From assembly GCA_964502435.1 (NCBI GenBank), contig CAZCWL010000001.1, positions 1 through 44,732 on the forward strand: a stretch of 44,732 bases of DNA. Direction: 5' to 3'. Of this stretch, positions 43,096 to 44,732 are shown one piece after another. Below the pieces are notes generated by a model, which did not search any database, was not told where the DNA came from, and saw nothing but the letters and a program-made list of their open reading frames with translations. The translations under genes were made by a program, and so were the position numbers. The number at the start of each line of letters is the position of its first letter. Within the stretch, counting starts at the first letter, position 1. The DNA comes from Candidatus Woesearchaeota archaeon. GTDB taxonomy: Archaea; Nanobdellota; Nanobdellia; CAZCWL01.

Positions 43096-44052
43096 ATGAA
43101 AGAGGCGATGTTCTGGGATGGAAGCAGATGCAATCTCTGCCCTAGAAGATGCATTATACCAGAAGAGGGTGTAGGAGTATGTAAAGTTAGAAAGAATGAG
43201 AACGGAACGTTATATAGCTTAAATTATGGTAAACTAACAGCAGTCCATGTAGATCCAATAGAGAAAAAACCTCTGTTCCATTTCTATCCAGGGTCAGAGA
43301 TACTCTCAATTGGCAGTTCTGGATGCAATTTCATGTGTAAAAACTGCCAAAACTGGGAAATATCTCAAAGATTTATAGACACAGAGTTTACACCTCCGGA
43401 AAAGATAGTAGAGATGGCCAAGCCGTATGGGATGATCGCATTCACTTACAATGAACCAACTGTGTTCTACGAATATGCGTACGATGTTGCAAAGCTTGCT
43501 AAGAAGAGGGGGTTAAAAACAGTTTGGGTAAGCAACGGCTACATAAATGACGAGCCATTGAAAAAGATAGCAAAGTACTTAGACGCAGCAAATATAGACT
43601 TCAAAGGGTTCAACAATAGAGTGTGGATGGAATTAGTTGGAGGAGTAAAGTTAGATACATTTCTTGATAGACTCAAAGCATGGGCAAAAACAAAGATACA
43701 TTTAGAGTTAACTTACTTGATAATACCAAACTGGAACGACAAGGACATAGAACCAGCTGTCAAATGGATTAAAGACAATGTAGGAGATGTGCCTCTCCAC
43801 TTCTCAAGGTACTTCCCAATGTACAAGCTTATGGAAAAACCAACACCAATACAAACATTAAAACACGCTTATGAGATCGGGAAAAAGTACTTAAGCTATG
43901 TTTACGTTGGGAATGCTCCAGAGTTAGATTTAGAGAACACATACTGTCCTAAATGTGGAGAGCTTGTAATAAAAAGATATGGATACATCGTAGAAAGTAG
44001 TCTAAAAGATGGAAAGTGTCCTAAGTGTGGAGAAAAGATAGCTACAGCCTAA
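43096..44052 (+). CDS. Radical SAM enzyme of the AmmeMemoRadiSam / PflA-like activase family
   Basis: N-terminal Cys cluster CNLCPRRC...CKV, radical-SAM CNFMCKNCQNWEIS, C-terminal CPKCG...CPKCG. Confidence 0.8.
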   Translation: MKEAMFWDGSRCNLCPRRCIIPEEGVGVCKVRKNENGTLYSLNYGKLTAVHVDPIEKKPLFHFYPGSEILSIGSSGCNFMCKNCQNWEISQRFIDTEFTPPEKIVEMAKPYGMIAFTYNEPTVFYEYAYDVAKLAKKRGLKTVWVSNGYINDEPLKKIAKYLDAANIDFKGFNNRVWMELVGGVKLDTFLDRLKAWAKTKIHLELTYLIIPNWNDKDIEPAVKWIKDNVGDVPLHFSRYFPMYKLMEKPTPIQTLKHAYEIGKKYLSYVYVGNAPELDLENTYCPKCGELVIKRYGYIVESSLKDGKCPKCGEKIATA

Positions 44053-44429
44053 TCACACTGTGAGCCCACATATTCTGTATTACACACGCCACTAAGCTTC
44101 ATAGTTCCACGCGTTGTGGTTATCTCTGGATCACTCAATGAGAGTACACCAGTAGGGACTTGCTCAGACGAATCTGCATTCGCATCTAGCATTGGCTTAC
44201 AATACTTACACCAATCACATATCTTACTATCAACATCAGCACTAAGATTTAGCGTATGCGTATTGTAATAAGCAGCAATCGATGAGGAAAGAACATTACA
44301 CTGTGAAACTGTGTAAGATTGTTCTGTCGGAGATTTAAACGATTTCACACCAACTACCACTAATCCTATAAGGATTGTTAAAGCAGCCAGTGCTGCAATG
44401 AAACTAACAACAGTTCCTGACGTAGCCAT
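44049..44429 (-). CDS. Small Cys-rich membrane-anchored protein, hypothetical
   Basis: MATSGTVVSFIAALAALTILIGLVVVGV TM segment, then 7 Cys in about 95 aa. The ATG at 44429 is chosen over the tracked start at 44504. Confidence 0.45.
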   Translation of the reverse strand: MATSGTVVSFIAALAALTILIGLVVVGVKSFKSPTEQSYTVSQCNVLSSSIAAYYNTHTLNLSADVDSKICDWCKYCKPMLDANADSSEQVPTGVLSLSDPEITTTRGTMKLSGVCNTEYVGSQCD

Positions 44430-44515
44430 ACACATAATAAACACTAGCAGGTATATAACAATTTCTACACACAGTGTCAAAAAATATTTAATAACACATA
44501 ACATGGATAGTCTAG

Positions 44516-44589
44516 GGGCTGGTGGTCTAGGTGGTTATGACGTCTGCCTCACACGCAGAAGGTCCCCGGTTCAACTCCGGGCCAGCCCA
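44516..44589 (+). tRNA. tRNA-Val (anticodon CAC)
   Basis: Acceptor GGGCTGG/CCAGCCC, anticodon arm TCTGC-CTCACAC-GCAGA, T arm CCCGG-TTCAACT-CCGGG, discriminator A. AAAATATTTAATA lies about 27 nt upstream. Confidence 0.88.
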
Positions 44590-44677
44590 GTACTAACTCT
44601 ATGTAATACATCGAAATTTTATACGTCAAAAATCTTATATACTCTGATGTATATAACATTGTATGAAAGGCGTTGAA

Positions 44678-44732
44678 ATGAGTATGAAATTCACTTCTGG
44701 ACTTGTTCTTGGCATTGTTATTCTTGCTGGTG
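44678..44732 (+). CDS. Start of a secreted or membrane protein, truncated by the window edge
   Basis: ATG AGT ATG AAA TTC ACT TCT GGA CTT GTT CTT GGC ATT GTT ATT CTT GCT GGT gives a signal-peptide-like MSMKFTSGLVLGIVILAG. Only 18 codons are visible. Confidence 0.3.
   Translation, partial: MSMKFTSGLVLGIVILAG

Noticed and set aside
44398-44676. 92-aa plus-strand ORF.
   Set aside because: It runs straight through tRNA-Val (44516-44589) and is antisense to the N-terminus of the Cys-rich gene. It is a spurious frame.

Overview
The window is a gene-dense, AT-rich archaeal chromosomal segment. Hand counts on 60-nt lines give roughly 37-38% G+C in housekeeping genes. The archaeal assignment rests on several markers: EndA, Hjc, aTrm56, aEF-1beta, Pth2, archaeal-type PyrH and LeuRS, Mre11/Rad50, an ATP-dependent DNA ligase, a Methanococcus-type S-layer protein and an intron-containing tRNA. 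The AMP phosphorylase plus form III RuBisCO pair, the many secreted Cys-rich proteins and the extreme compaction (ATGA/TAATG start-stop overlaps, convergent 3' overlaps) fit a small-genome, DPANN-like lineage, but that placement is inference only. I support about 50 CDSs, 5 tRNAs and several regulatory structures. The tRNAs are Phe-GAA, intron-containing Thr-CGU, Arg-UCU, Arg-UCG and Val-CAC. I saw no rRNA, CRISPR array, integrase or transposase. The best candidate for something undescribed is a C-rich, compositionally foreign islet at about 6046-7813, just downstream of tRNA-Thr. It encodes a class-I aminoacyl-tRNA-synthetase-like catalytic core (HLGT and KLSKH motifs, a Cys3His knuckle, no anticodon-binding domain) translationally coupled to an ASCH/PUA-like protein. 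A 14-bp hairpin in front of it buries the ribosome-binding site and start codon, and a 32-codon upstream ORF reads through that hairpin. Three other observations stand out. An adjacent small-ORF plus PD-(D/E)xK cassette carries tandem basic repeats. A truncated dph2 remnant abuts rnhB. Two tRNA-Arg genes sit head-to-tail in front of argS, with a single nucleotide between the second tRNA and the argS start codon.
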